Below are positions 26,940 to 42,053 of a stretch of DNA of 64,000 nucleotides, piece after piece. The translations under genes and the position numbers were made by a program. This stretch comes from Chrysomallon squamiferum. Its lineage: Eukaryota > Animalia > Mollusca. The first letter of the stretch is position 1. Each line of letters begins with the position of its first letter. The notes under the pieces were generated by a model. The model was not told where the DNA came from, searched no databases, and was given only the letters and a program-made list of their open reading frames with translations. The DNA lies in the NCBI GenBank assembly GCA_012295275.1, contig CM022665.1, positions 38,378,001 to 38,442,000 on the forward strand. The letters are read 5' to 3'.

Positions 26940-27507
26940 TTCATGAAAATGTCCCTTCTCTTTGGAGTTTGTTTAAAACAAACAAATAAATAATATTGCA
27001 TCAGTTTGCGATTTGTTTCAGTTTTTTATTTATTTCTCGTATATCTAATCACGAAGGCCTATATCAACTTTATAAATAATTACCATTTTGCAATAGCCAA
27101 TAAATAAATCAGTAAGACACCGACGAAGAAGAAGAAGAAGAAGAAGAAGAAAAATATATATTTTCACTTCACTGGGGGGGGGGGGAAACGAGATTTAAAA
27201 AAAGAATATTTATTAGCAATATTTGAGGATAATATCGTTTTAAAAATGAAGACACAGGTACACATATAGGTTGTATGTAAATGCATATTTACATTATATA
27301 ATTTACAAAATGTTGCCGCCCCCCTCTTAAACCGCAACTGAAGTTTGTGTGATATGCATCAGAAGTCGACGTTTAAAGGAAATGAATGTTTGCTTGTTTA
27401 CTTTTGTGACCTAGGTAATGACACTACCTCCGGGTCGCTCTCTCGCTCGCTCACGAACAAAGATCTTGTGTTATTGACTGAAACGAAGAACTAGCCTACT
27501 ACGGAAA

Positions 27508-29405
27508 ATGGCGGCTGAAAGTTTGGGCGTCAAGGTACGTATCTGGGATATTTTTGTATGAAAGTAGTCACACCCTTAATAGTTCGTCTTAAAACTGTAT
27601 TAAAAGATTATTTTCAGTTTCCTTGACCTTAACTTGTGACGAAGGCGATGTCACACTATTCAGATTATTGTATTTGTTACAGGAGTAGAATAAAAAGTAT
27701 GAAAGCTAAACAACAACAACAACAACAAAAATTATTATTATTATTATTTTGGAATGATATTTAATATATATATTGTACACTTTACATTTTTTCAGCCTGT
27801 TCTTTATTCGAAAACAAGACAAGGCGCGCCGTTATTTAAAACGCTAGGTATATTACGTCATTACTGTTTTTGACGTAATAACGTTTCTTTCCATTTTTAA
27901 ACGATTTTCGCCGGTAGCTTTGAAGAAAACTGCGGTTACATATTCAGTCGGAGACAGTTTGTTTTTGAGTCTATACGACTTATAATAACCTAACCCAATG
28001 CATATTTTGTATCTCAAGTTTATCGAGGTAATAAGTAATATAATATTTATTTTTATTAAATATGTAGGAATTTTTATATGTTTCTATAGTAGAACTCACA
28101 GTTTTGATAAATACGTTTTGCATGTTCAACTGTACAGCACTAGGATGTTGGTGTGGACCACATTTATTATTATTATACATTATTATTTATTTTTATTTAT
28201 TTATTTATTTTTATTATTATTTTTTATGTGTGCTTATACATATTTAATTAATATACACAATATGATTCTTCCTTTAAAACTTACAACTTTGTATTTATAG
28301 TTAGCAATAATAAGTGAAAATAATCCATATATATATATTAAACAACGTGGGACTACTTAAAATACTTTATACCATTTCAAACCACTGTTATTAACATTCA
28401 AATAATTATAATGTTTACTTAACTTTTCACGTTTGTTAATCCATACATAATATATTAAATTAATATTTATATTAAAATGACCTGAAAGAAAATTAAGTAT
28501 ACCTTATTGTTTTGTTTTATTTGCAGAGTAAACGTAGACATATGTCCGTGGGCTATTATAAGTCGTATAGACTCAACGCTGTCGGGACGAGACGCCCGCA
28601 GATTTTAACGTGCGTTTCGGCACGAAGATGGCCGAACCAAAAGTCACATTTTGTGGTTCATGAAAACATCAGGACTGTTAGGCGTTTGTGTAAAAGAAAC
28701 AAATAAAAAATATTTCATCATTTTGCCATCTTTTTTTACTTTTTGTACTTGTTTTTTATACCTCAAGTTTATCGAGCCCAGAGATAACATAATATATATT
28801 TTTGATTAAATATGTAGGAATTTTTATATCTTTCTATTGTAGAACTCACAGTTTTGATACATATGTATTTTGCATTTTCATCTGTACATCGCTAGGGTAT
28901 TTGCGTGCACCACATTTATTATTATTATACATTATTATGTTGTTGTTGTTTTTTCTTAGTTTGTTTTTTTATGTGTGCTTATACATATTTAATTAATATA
29001 CACAGTATGATTCTTTCTTTACAATTTACAAATTTATATTTATAGTTGGCCATAATAAATGAAAATAATCCATATATATATATTAAACAACGTGGCACTA
29101 CTTAAAATACTTTATACCATTTCAAACCACTGTTATTAACATTCAAATAATTATAATGTTTACTTAACTTTTCACGTTTGTTAATCCATACATAGTATAT
29201 TAAATTAATATTTATATTAAATTGACCTGAGAGAAAATTAAGTATACCTTATTGTTTTGTTTTATTTGCAGCGCAAACGTGGACATATGTCAAATTCCGA
29301 TTGTAAGTCATATAGACTCAGCTCTGTCGAAAATGGACGCTTTCAGAAAGTTATATTTATGGAAAAGAAGATTGTCCAAAACCAAAAAACAATATTACTA
29401 TATAG
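27508..29405 (+). pseudogene. Chimeric GST-zeta unit (single copy in this block)
   Basis: A exon 1 at 27508, same fusion junction, exon-8-like blocks at 28527 and 29272. Confidence 0.85.
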
Positions 29406-30278
29406 TTCATGAAAAGGTTCCATCTCTTTGCAGTTTGTTAAAAACATAAATAAAAAATATTGCATCTTTTTGCCATTTGCTTCAGTTTTCTTTAATTTTA
29501 TTTCTCGTATATCTAATCACGAAGGCCTATATCAACTTTATAAATAATTACCATTTTTCAATAGCCGATGAATAAATAAATAAATAAATAAATAAAAAAG
29601 TAAAACAACAACAACAACAAGAACAATAATAATAATAAATTAATATATATATATATTTTTTTTCATTGGATGAAAAATATACCTCATTTATTCATTCAGT
29701 CAATCGGCCAGTCGTATTTACACATTTATTCACTTTAAAAAAAGAAATAATAAAACGTTAAATAAAAGCGAATAGTAACTAACCGCCATATCTCAGAAAA
29801 CCCACCGACACGGACGAGTAAAGCAACGATTATATCCAAGTAAAAATATCACCAAAAACTAGCACAAACATCCACATTTATCCCTTAATCAGTAAGACAC
29901 CGACGAAGAAGAAGAAGAAGAAGAAGAAGAAAATATATTTTTCACTTCAATGGGGCAAAGAGAAAAAAAAAAATTTACATTTATCAGCAATATTTGAGGA
30001 TAATATCGTTTTAAAAATGAAGACACAGGTACACATATAGGTTGTATGTACATGCATATTTACATTATATAATTTACAAAATGTTGCCGCCCCCCTCTTA
30101 AACCGCAACTGAAGTTTGTGTGATATGCATCAGAAGTCGACGTTTAAAGGAAATGAATGTTTGCTTGTTTACTTTTGTGACCTAGTTAATGACACTACCT
30201 CCGGGTCGCTCTCTCGCTCGCTCACGAACAAAGATCTTGTATTATTGACTGAAACGAAGAACTAGCCTACTACGGAAA

Positions 30279-30778
30279 ATGGCGGCTGAAAGTTTGGGCG
30301 TCAAGGTACGTATTTGGGATATTTTTGTATGAAAGTAGTCACACCCGTAATAGTTCGTCTTAAAACTGTATTAAAATATTATTTTCAGTTTCCTTGACCG
30401 TAACTTGTGACGAAGGCGATGTCACACTATTCAGATTATGGTATTTGTTACAGGAGTAGAATAAAAAGTATGAATAACTCAATGAACGAATTGAGCATGA
30501 TTTTATATTGTGGGTACAGGCAAAGAGAAATACAGAGTACGAAAGCTAAACAACAACAACAATAACAACAACAAAATTATTATTATTATTATTATTTTGG
30601 GGTGATATTTAAAAAATAAAATAAAATAAAATAAAATAATAAAATATTGTACACTTTACATTTTTTCAGCCTGTTCTTTATTCCTTCTTCAGAAGTTCTG
30701 CTGCCTGGCGAGTTAGAATCGGTGAGAACAGAATATATACTAATTTTAATAAAATACTAGAATTTGCATACCAAAATA

Positions 30779-30817
<39 letters not shown>

Positions 30818-32414
30818 ATTGTACATTATCGGTATTGTAATATGCTTGAACTATACTTCATTACAATATAAAAATTATATTTATTCCAGCTCTGGCTATG
30901 AAGGGAATTGACTACGAATACAAAGCTGTCCATCTAAGTAAAGACGGTGGACAACAGGTATGTGAATGTCCAGGCAACGAATAATATGTAAAAGTATTAC
31001 TAACATAACATGGATACGTTAACGTCGTTAGATATATAACATGTTAATAAAATTTGGAAATATCAGTTTACATAAATTAAAAACAAATACAGTACAAACG
31101 TTTATTTTCACAAAAGATGTTCTCTTTCCAATATGTTCTTTGTTGCTTTAGTAAATTATTGATAGATTAAAAATCTTTTTTTTTTTTTTTTTTTTTTTTT
31201 CCCCCAGAGAACTGATGAATATCGTAAATTAAACCCTATGCAACAAGTTCCAACTCTGGTGATAGATGGACACACGCTCATTCAGTCAGTATGTATTCAC
31301 ATGCTTAATAAACATTAGTAGATTCAATTGACCACGAACCCATCCCCATAACATGCAAACCATGCAGTCAACAATCCATTCGTTAATTACCATTCCATCT
31401 GCCACTGTTTCATACTCATGATGCCACACAATTTGTCCAAAACAGATTCGTCGGTCTATCTAGCCAGACAGCCTGGCAGATAACAGTACGTCAACTTCCA
31501 CACTCACACCAATATCCAGTATAGACATAAAAAAAGAAAGAAAGAACCTCACCCCAAAACACGAAAACAAAGCTGCCAGGCGAACAGGAGAAACAACACA
31601 CAAACACCCATTCCGTCACATATATATTTATTTATTTATTAAATATTATTATGGTTTTTGTAGTTGCCAATTATTGAATATTTGGAAGAAACCAGACCGG
31701 AAGTAGCACTTCTACCAAAAGATCCAGCACTCAGGGCCAAGGTAAAACAATGAATGTATATCTATATATATATATATAAATATATATAGATATATATTGA
31801 TTTTTGTTGTTATTTTTTGTTGCTCTACATATCCATCATCAGTATTATCTATACATGCATAATCCACTTCGGTCGTCAATAGTGAATAACTCGGTTACAT
31901 TTTTGTGCATTTACTATACTTAATCTACTCAAGGCATTTCATTTTATCGGTACAATCCTTATGACGTCCAATTTTCAGATTTTGTGCAGTAGCAATAAGA
32001 TATATGTCAGATGATTCTATCAAAAACTGCTACCAAAGAGTTGTCTTGGAAAACATCTCAGGCAGTATACCCATGTTAGATATTCTTGAACTTGTGTATG
32101 CCGATTGACTTTCCTTAATTATTAAATGCATTAACAAACAAGTGACTGTTGATTGGTTTATCACAGGCACGTGCTCTGGCTGAAATAATCAACTCTGGAA
32201 TACAGCCACTCCAAAACGTCAATGTGAGAAAGAAAGTAGGCGAGGAGAAAGCACAGGAATGGGTTAAGTTCTGGATAGAAAGAGGACTTACAGGTTGGTT
32301 TGTGACGTTGTTGTCATACATTATCGTAAAAGCAAATTCTCCAAGCAGACTGTATAATAGTGTGAAATGAATACTCGGATATAAGGAATGTGTTATTCTG
32401 AACAAACAAACAAA

Positions 32415-32492
<78 letters not shown>

Positions 32493-33893
32493 AACAACAA
32501 CAACAACAACAACAACAATAACAACAACAACAACAACATACAACAACAACAGTAATAATAAATAAAATTTAAAAAAGATTTTAAAAAAGATTAAACAAAT
32601 TATTAATAAACTATAAATTCATTTTTTTTAAATTAGACTTAATTTATTTTTAAAAGATAGTTTAAAGGAAGCTTTTTAATTTATATGTAATAGTTATATT
32701 TCATACTTCACTGTTAATTAATAAATATATTTAATATACTACTTTATAATATATATTTTAACAACAGCTCTAGAGAAAGCTTTGCAGGAGACAGCAGGCA
32801 AATACTGTGTTGGAGATAACGTAACTCTACCCGATCTGTTTCTAGTACCACAGATTTACCACGCTCTAAGGTATATGAGGTACTTTAAATTTCTGCATGC
32901 TTACACTGCAGAGAATACGGTATTTGCTTTTACTCACGTTTTATTTTAATATAGTATAAACTTACACCGCGGGCGCTGTGACGGTGAATGTGTAATGTAT
33001 CATTATGCCTTGAATGCACGTTTTATAACAGTCAATACAGTATGAGATTTTATTGCATATTTTACTACGATGAATACCGTGAGTCTTCAGCATTCGTTTT
33101 ACTACGATGAATACATTATATGCTTTGAATTGCACATTTTATTAGAGTTAATTTGGAATATAACTCATTTCATTATTTATGTTACTATAATATGTAATAA
33201 GTGTATGCTTTTCATGTTCCTCTTACCATGGAGAATAAGATATATTCTCTGACTGTACATTTAACTGCTTTGAAAATAACAAAGGCTTTCCGGGTTTTAT
33301 TGCGGTGAATACGGCACTAAACACACAACAAAGGCAAATACTTTTAACTAACTCAAGTATGGCTCAGGTTACCTAGCTTGAGTGTAGCTTGCGATTCTTT
33401 TTACAATACATTTTGCGATGCAGGAATGTATGTTTTATGAAATATGGCCACTTTTAAGAAAATGTGTTTAGATGACTAACAACTGATTGATATATTTGTT
33501 TGAACTGGCTTTATTTACTGATTTATTTTATTGACAGCTACTATAACTATTATTTATTTATTTGATAATTACTACAGTTAATCAAGATGAACAGTTACTT
33601 AAGCTCAACAAATTAAATATAAAAATGTTAACTACATAAGTAAAAAGAACGTTTGTATGCATGTAATTATTTTAAATTTAATTTTGTTTTGATTTAAAAT
33701 ATGTTTTATTCTCTAGCAGTAACACATTCTTTTAGATAATTTTGTTAATTTTCATTTAAGGGTGAATGTGAATCTTGATCAGTTTCCCACCATTAAGAGA
33801 ATAGATGCGGCACTGGCAGAGCTTGAAGCTTTTAAAACGGCTCACGCAGTCAGACAACCAGACACGCCAACGGAAGAGCGACCTTCACCTTAG
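30279..33893 (+). CDS. GSTZ1: GST Zeta / maleylacetoacetate isomerase paralog A, complete, 222 aa, 8 exons (30279-30305, 30670-30721, 30890-30957, 31208-31288, 31664-31741, 32167-32293, 32768-32870, 33761-33893)
   Basis: 669 nt in frame, all GT-AG. Motifs [73 protein letters not shown] at ~34019. Confidence 0.93.
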
Positions 33894-35195
33894 ATCACGT
33901 GACGATAATATCTAGGCTACACCATGTTATACAGTTATCCATTCAGTTCTATGTTTTGGAGAAGACAAAATCATATTTACTATAGAAAATATTTGTACTG
34001 ATACGTTTTTATAAACAAAATAAATGAAAATAATTTACAGTCAGAAATGTCTGGTGGGTCAGTTTCAGTATGTTTAACAACACTGTTTTTGGCAATAAGC
34101 TTTGAAGGAAACGAGTTAGTGAACATTATTTTGAAAAGGCATTTTAATATTAACAATTATTATTATTCTGTGTACATTTTGGAGTAGTGATGACATGCTA
34201 TCTACTCTGCATTAGGCCTTATAATCAGTTAACTGCGTTACTCTGACTGTTCCTAAGACAGAAAAGCATATACTACACCTTTTGTTGGCATGTACTATAA
34301 CCAGTTATTAGGTATAAGCTGGAATAGGAAATAACTCAAACTTAGCACATCGTGACTCAAGAAAGCGCTTTAACCGCTGTCATGCAGCCCGCTTGCACTC
34401 AGTCAGTGTAGAGTTTTTTGACGTATGCGCTAAAAGGCTTAAACGTAATAAAGTAACACTATATTCAGTCACGACATAGTGAATTCAGAACAATGCTTAA
34501 CGTTAAATCCCCTTAAGTTGATAGACTGAGTAAACGTCACTAGACAACCAATTAAAAAGGCCATTACTTTCGGATACAAACAAATATTCAGAGCTATAAA
34601 ATCCGCAATTTCGTACATATATTATTTACAACAACCACACCAGTGAGAATACCCTAGGGAAAATTATTCTTCTTTTCTACTTGGGAATAATATAGTGCAC
34701 TATTAGCCGTATTTCATCACATTATTAAAACAGTGACAACATTATCAGAGCGAACTGTGAATTTAATATTTTGGCGCACAGTTGACGGATTTCGCACGTA
34801 ACGCCCAGTTTAGCAGCGTGACTTGCGGAAGAAAATGTTTTGTGCAATCGTCTATAAATATTTCAAGCTGTCGCGTTCCCTGGTAGTTTAATAAACTTTC
34901 TGAATAGCTGAATTTAATTACATTTCATTAAGGAAGTCCATTTGCGAGTGCTGTAAACCAATGTTATAGAAAAATCGAAGAAAGGTATTCGGTTATGTTA
35001 CGTATGGTGGCGAATTATTATACACCAAATCTCTCACGCTCCCAACCTCTTTCTCTCTCCGTCCCTCACCTTCGCACTCGTTTACTTACTCACAGAAAAA
35101 ACATGCATATGTGTAAATATATAGTCAAAGACTGTGCATATGTATGTATTTACTTTGTATGTAAATATGTATGTACAGAGACAGAAACAGAGAGA

Positions 35196-35233
<38 letters not shown>

Positions 35234-35554
35234 CTCGCCATATTAGCGTTAAGCAAATGGATATGTCTTTTTATTTACGAAAATATAAATAATAACATTT
35301 ATATATAATTTTCGAGCTCGCAAACTTTGTCACTGCGTTTTGACAGAAATAAAATTTGCCTTTTAAAGATGCAAAACGTTAGAAATCAGGATTCCAAATC
35401 AAAATGTCATCTACAGAAATGTTGGGATCTCACTGACGTCATATCATTGTTAGGTTCCTTATTCCCAGCATTCCGGGTTAGGCATGAATTGCGCCCCCTT
35501 AACCCGTGGAGGGTTAGCCCTCCCCGAGTGAACCCTTTATCTAACAAACAGATG

Positions 35555-35589
<35 letters not shown>

Positions 35590-35679
35590 ATGTAATTAAG
35601 TTAAATGCATTTAATGCTTGTGTCATAAAATGATTGCATAAATGTTAACTGCCATAATGACCATACGAATTTATACATA

Positions 35680-35710
<31 letters not shown>

Positions 35711-36769
35711 ATCACGAAATATTTTGGATGTAATAGAGGCATGACATAAATACTATAGGAATTTACATATAATTTTTTTTTTTTTTTTTTTTTTCTAAAA
35801 ATGCATTTTGTCTTGAGTCCATGCCAGTAATACGATAGGAAAATTTATCTTTTTAAATTTCAATTTAAAACAAATAGTTTTTAAGATATTAAACAGTAAA
35901 TAAATCAAACTCTTATTTTTATTTATTCTGAATTTGTTAAAACTGATATCATGTTAACTTGTTTAGTAATGTCAGTATAGAAACTATTTTTTTGACCAAA
36001 GAATGAGAACGAAACTTAAAATTAACGATGAACAAGAAAGAATGAAAAATCATTGATTTTACTTCATGGAAACAGTGATTTAATGAGTTGAGAATAGAAA
36101 AGCTTCACATTTTGCATTAATTGCAGCTGAACTTTTCACTGGAAACGCGAATTTCAGAAGAAGAAGAAGAAAAAAATGTCTTACTTAGAAACCAAGAAAA
36201 CATCGTTTACCAGGGCATATGGGGGATGAATATTTAAAACAGAGTAAACATGAAATACGAGGGCATTATTAGAAAGAATAATGCCATGAATGCACGTACG
36301 TTTCACGCCCAGAACCTACAACTCCTTTCACTTCCATCTTCCCTTCATTCATAAAAGAAACGGCTACAACAGATCATTCGGAATATGCAGATGGAAATGA
36401 CGAAATCAAGTATGTTTTTACCGTAACTGATTCTTTCTCTAAATTTGAATTTGTTCACCAGTCGAAGAATAAAACAGCAGCTGAATTCAGGTTTTCTGAT
36501 GCGCCAAGCCAACCTTACAGCTGCGTTATATTTGACTCGTTGACTTTCTGTGTTAATTCCAGTGCAGTGTAATTAGGGCTCGGTATATACGTGTGTTGCA
36601 CAGTGGCACTCCCCGGATAGCTTCGGCATTACTCATACTAGATGCCAGAATAATGCTAATAACGCTAATTATGTAATAAAATTAATTTTTGTACTGCTCC
36701 ACCGTTGTTTTATTACTAAAAATCAGTAATTTGCATTATTAAATTGAAACTCGTTATTAGTGGTTATGG

Positions 36770-36801
<32 letters not shown>

Positions 36802-38796
36802 GGGGGAGGTGGAGGATGAGGGTACGGTATTTTATTACTACTTTATTTTTTTTCTTTAGAACTTTTGCCTTCAAGGATTACCGCCTCTGTAGCCCCTCCC
36901 CAAAGCTACGCCACTGATTACGAAACTAACATTTTCATTAGTCACAGTTTAGTTAATAGCTGGAGAGCTTTAAATACCAGCTTCGAGTTCTACACCAAAA
37001 AGTGTGCAAAGATTATTTGTTAATGTTGTTATTAGTTAATTGGTTATATTTAATTAATACAAGTTTCAAAAATATTTGTTAGTAAAAATAAAATAAATAA
37101 TTAATTCACATACATAAATAAATCAATTAACAAAATAAATAAATAAATATACTACTACTACTACCACAACTACCACTATTGCTACTACATCACTTCTACT
37201 ATTACATTCTCACTGCAACAACTAGTGCCACCAGTCGTACATATACATACATATATATATAACTGTTTACGGAAATACGCCAGGCCAGAAAATAGTGTTC
37301 ATTCAGTGGTTCTGTTACAGTATTTTTAATTTATTATCTACACACACACATATACCTTTTCATCTATTTCACAGTCCACCTGTCGCCGCAGTTTAAGTGC
37401 GTCACTAATTAATAATGGATCAGCTTCCTGTGAGCACGTATCTGGTTCTGCTATTAGATCAATAGGAAAAGGACTAAGCGGACCGCACCAATCAGCGATT
37501 AATTGGAGTAGTCGCAAATTCTGTGTGATTGGAAAAAAAGTGGCAACGGAAAAAGGGTGACTTTACTACACATTTTGAAAAATTTAACAGGAAATAGAGG
37601 AATTTTATTATTATATATATATTTTTTTTTAAGAAGAACTTCAAACGAAACTTTTAAAGATTTTATTGTGGCCCTCACTGGTGCTTATGTTAAAGATGCT
37701 ATTTTTTTTTTTGTTTTTGGATAATTCGTAATTTACTTGAATAAAAAGGAAACTATTTTGGACGCAGTAACTGGAAGGCTGGATTGGCTGAATTCCAAAA
37801 GTGGATTTAAAAAAAAGAGGGTCACAGATAAAATAATATGTCGAACATTTCACGTGCGATAAAGGATACTTTTGAAGCATAATTCCACATTCAGGATCTT
37901 AATAAAGAATAGCCAGCGCATGCCATCCAGTGATCAGCGATAAGTATGCATTTCAGAGCTCAAGCGTCTGTTAATTAAAAATATTTTATCATGGATTAAT
38001 TTCAAGTGTTTACAATAAATCTGCGACAAAGCAAGATAAAAAAAAGAAGTAAAAAAAAAAAAAAAAAAACAACAACAACATTCTAACAAACTAAAGAATC
38101 AGTCTGCTCTGAAAGAATATATTCGCAGATTTCAGTGATCAGGCTCATTTTGAAGAATATCTCTAAACATCTTCAACCTTTTAAAAGAAAGTCCTATATC
38201 CAGCTTTGATCCGATTTAAAGATAATTTATAATTATTTTGTTGCTCTGTCTTCCAAATAGCTGTAACTAGTTTACCATTAAAAACCTAATAAATAACTCA
38301 AGTGTTCTTTAAAGCTTTAATTTAAATTAATTCAGAAGATTCATTTCGTTTCGAGGTGCCGAGTTCAATAGCCTGATTAGCGTTAAATAGCCCGGATTTG
38401 TTTTTCCAATGAGTTATTGACAGACGTTAATACACACTGCTGAACAAGAATTCACTGAAACATTCGCTTTGAAAAAACAACAACATAAAGAAGAGAACAA
38501 ATCGGCAATCTCCACCAAATATCAAACAAAGATGAAACCAAAGCTATACAACTACTGGAACAATTGATAACTACCACAACGACTGTTACTAATTACCTTG
38601 TGTGCAAAATAACAACACGGCTACTATGATAACGACTACGATGATGGCGACGACGAAGACGAAGAAGACAACAACGACGACATATCATCTTATGCTGAAG
38701 ACAGTCGCACCACAACAAGAATTAAATTCTGGTTGAAGGGACAGCGAATGCGAACATATCAACGTGTGATGGCTGACAACACCCTGATTTTCAAAG

Positions 38797-41153
38797 ATGG
38801 AACTGAAGAGACTACTTTTTCTTATAGCAATTCTTGTCATCTACCTCTGTCTCGGCTCGCTCATGTTCGGTGCCCTAGAGCGAGATTTGGTCAGAGAGCG
38901 ATCAGAGGAACTGAAAAATGCAGTGAACTCATTCATTGGTGAGTATGTAATGTAGAGATGATTTATAAACACACATTTTTAAAATTTATATGTGAATGAC
39001 ATTGCCAAATTTTTTTTTTTTTTTTTTTTTATGTGGACATATTTTTGTGTGACAATGTAAAGATGTTTTATTATGTGGATATATTTGCATGCGAATGCAA
39101 AATTCTTTTTTTTTTTTTAATTATAAGTTCACATATTTGTATGTCAGTGCTAAAAGCGTTTCTTTTACGCTGACATATTTTTATGCCAATGGAAAAAGTG
39201 GTTTTATAACTGGACATATTTGTATGTCAAGGCAAAAAGTGTTTTTAAATGTGAAAATGTTTGCGTGTTAGTGCACAAAGTGCGTATAAACTATGTTCAA
39301 ATTTGCATGTTAATTAATCAATAATTTTTTACAAGGCACATATTTGTTCGTCAGTGCAGAATATGCATATCAAAATGTAAAATCGATAAATATTTACAAA
39401 TTATGTACGTGATATCTGAAGTAATGTATTTTAGAACTGCTGTTAAAAAGCAAAGAAAAACACTTGGAAATTGATAATTTCAGATGCAAGTAGTAATATA
39501 AAGCATTTCAAAAACAGTATTAAACTCCATCCGTTGCTTCCCGGCAACATAATACCCTTTATGTACATTCAGTGTATGTGCATGTGTGCGTATTTGTGCG
39601 CTTGCGTGCGTAAATGTGCAGACAAAAGATTAAAAATGTGTATATAATTGCATATATGGAAGGATATAATGCATGTGAATATAAATGTGGAAGAATAATT
39701 TTTATGAAGCAGCTAATATGCTTCAGTATAAAAATACGAATGTAAAAACCACTTTGTGATGCGTATGAATTTGTAACTGGTTTTTATAATTACAAATATA
39801 ATATAAAAAAGAATTAAAGCTTTTAAAATAATTGGAGCACGCTGACAAAAATAGACTACAATAATATCATTTTAATGAATAAAGTATTTATTTTCCGTTA
39901 AAACGAATGAAAGTTCGATGAAGGCACGATAAGATGCTTTACTTTAAAAATGAAAAACATAGAAATTTTGTATTTTCCTCATTTACATGTTTTAATATGT
40001 ATGCAGTTAAACACACACATACACGGAGACATATTGTTAGAAGTTTTAATGATTAAATTTGCGACTACAGCATACGTGTGGTTCTAATTTGAATAAAATG
40101 CAACTGCCGAATCGAATTATCGTTAAAATAAGAAGTTGTTGAAAAAGTAATTTCAACGGACAGATGACAGGAAACTGATAATATAATCTGCCGTGACATC
40201 ACTGTATTAGTCATTGATATCTGAAAGATTGTGAAATTCCTGTAACTTCAATTTACACCCAGATGAGGAGGTTTTGATGAACAACAAGTATGATGAAAAT
40301 AAGGAAATCCTGAATACCTAATAAACCATTACGATTAAGAAATATAGCTAGATATGTAATATTGTTAGATTCTGAACGTTACTCGCTGAACTGATGATAA
40401 TGATCAACCACATCTAAAGAATGGTTGACGTTGTTCAAAACCGTAGATACGCTGTATTAGGATCGAAACCATGATTCGGACCGTTGCTAAAAGCTGTCTA
40501 GAAAAGACGTGAAACGTCGCAGTACCCTTTCTACTACTGGAATAATTCTCTAAAACATGATTTAGTTTTGTCTTGAGAAGACATCTCTGGTTCTTGGACT
40601 ACATACACCTGTGTGCTTGGATGAAAGTGGGTTTCGGATATTGCAAGAAAAGGTATTTTGTATAAAGTAACACGGACATAAAAGCACATACCATCGTGTT
40701 TGAAACACAGCTGTTGTAAGGGACTAACTGGTACAGGGAACGGTAAAACGGCTGACATTGGCAAGATTCATCCTGTGATCTATTGCGACTTACCCCTGTG
40801 TTTTAATCAGTGAGATACAGATGGAACAAAACAAACAGGCCGAGTAAATATACAGTAATGTAATGTAAAACAGGTTTAGAAATGCAAAACATCTGAGGTT
40901 AACGACCAGATGATTCATCCGTAATAAATGTATATGCAAGTAGATAAATATACAAAAATAAATGGACAGATAAACATACACTGAGAAGCGAACATATATA
41001 TATATATATATAGATAGATAGATATGTAAATAGATAGATATCAGACAGATATATAGTCAGTTTGTTTGGGAGAAAGGGAAAGACAGAGACGCCTAGAGAC
41101 CAAGAAAAATAGCCTACCAAACAAAGACAGAGAAAGGCAGAAAATGGAAAGAT

Positions 41154-41242
<89 letters not shown>

Positions 41243-42015
41243 CTTCTTCTTTAAGATCACTTTCCGCTGTTAGCCACCAATACATGTGATTGTAAAACCA
41301 CATCTCCTTTATTTATAAATAATTCTGTACCCTTCTATCCTTATGCTATCGGGTTGTGTGACCACGACACATATGCTTGAACCATAAGTGCATCCAAATA
41401 CCTTTCATTTATTTAGTTTATTGACTAATATTACACAGGCAACAATAATTTGTCACAGACACAAAGCCTTTGAAACAAATACTCAGGATGAACAACTATT
41501 AATACAAATTGATATAAATAATTTCTGATGAAAAGTATTCATGAAAGTATAACCATAGGGCCCTTGGGGAAAGAGCCAGACATTAACATGAATCCTCCAA
41601 GACTAGACCTAAGTAATGATGTCGTTGCCGTTGGCGTTGCTTTCACTGGAGTCTTCTCGGATAAATCATTAGTCATTGGCTGCTAAACATACAGCTTTCA
41701 TATTCTGGCTTCGGAAAATTTGAGAAAAAGGGTTTGGCATTTTTACTGCACGTTTAAAGCAATCATATTTGAATGATTTATAACTTATTTCCTTTGTTTA
41801 AAAAACGCTAATGATACTGAAATAACACCAGTCGACAATATAGGCAAGTTTTGACAAGACAGTTTTAAATATTAAAATATTGTTCCACTGTACTCAAAAG
41901 ATGACGTATATCTTACTAAGGGACAACTGCTGTTTTCGATTGCATTTGTTTATCTTTGTCAGTACATTTAAAAGTATTAATATAGTGACTTAAAATATAT
42001 TGTTGGTTGGTTAAT

Positions 42016-42053
<38 letters not shown>

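Larger units (their letters stand above)
19421..32836 (+). repeat. Near-identical second copy of 1-16594, lacking one 2.8-kb unit
   Basis: Position 1 matches 19421; the ORF track repeats with only a few amino acid changes; differences are SNPs, microsatellite lengths and a few indels. Confidence 0.95.

Noticed and set aside
35497-35523. GC-rich hairpin GGAGGG-TTAG-CCCTCC ahead of a poly-A run
   Set aside because: A 6-bp stem with no Helitron CTRR end, SINE boxes or other support.
36601-36916. Possible MITE bounded by CAGTGGC...GCCACTG
   Set aside because: Only 7 bp of terminal match and no TSD; insufficient support.
40621-40660. ATG...AG|GTATTT as an alternative K2P first exon
   Set aside because: It ends in phase 2, incompatible with the phase-1 exon at 42226, and encodes no M1 helix.
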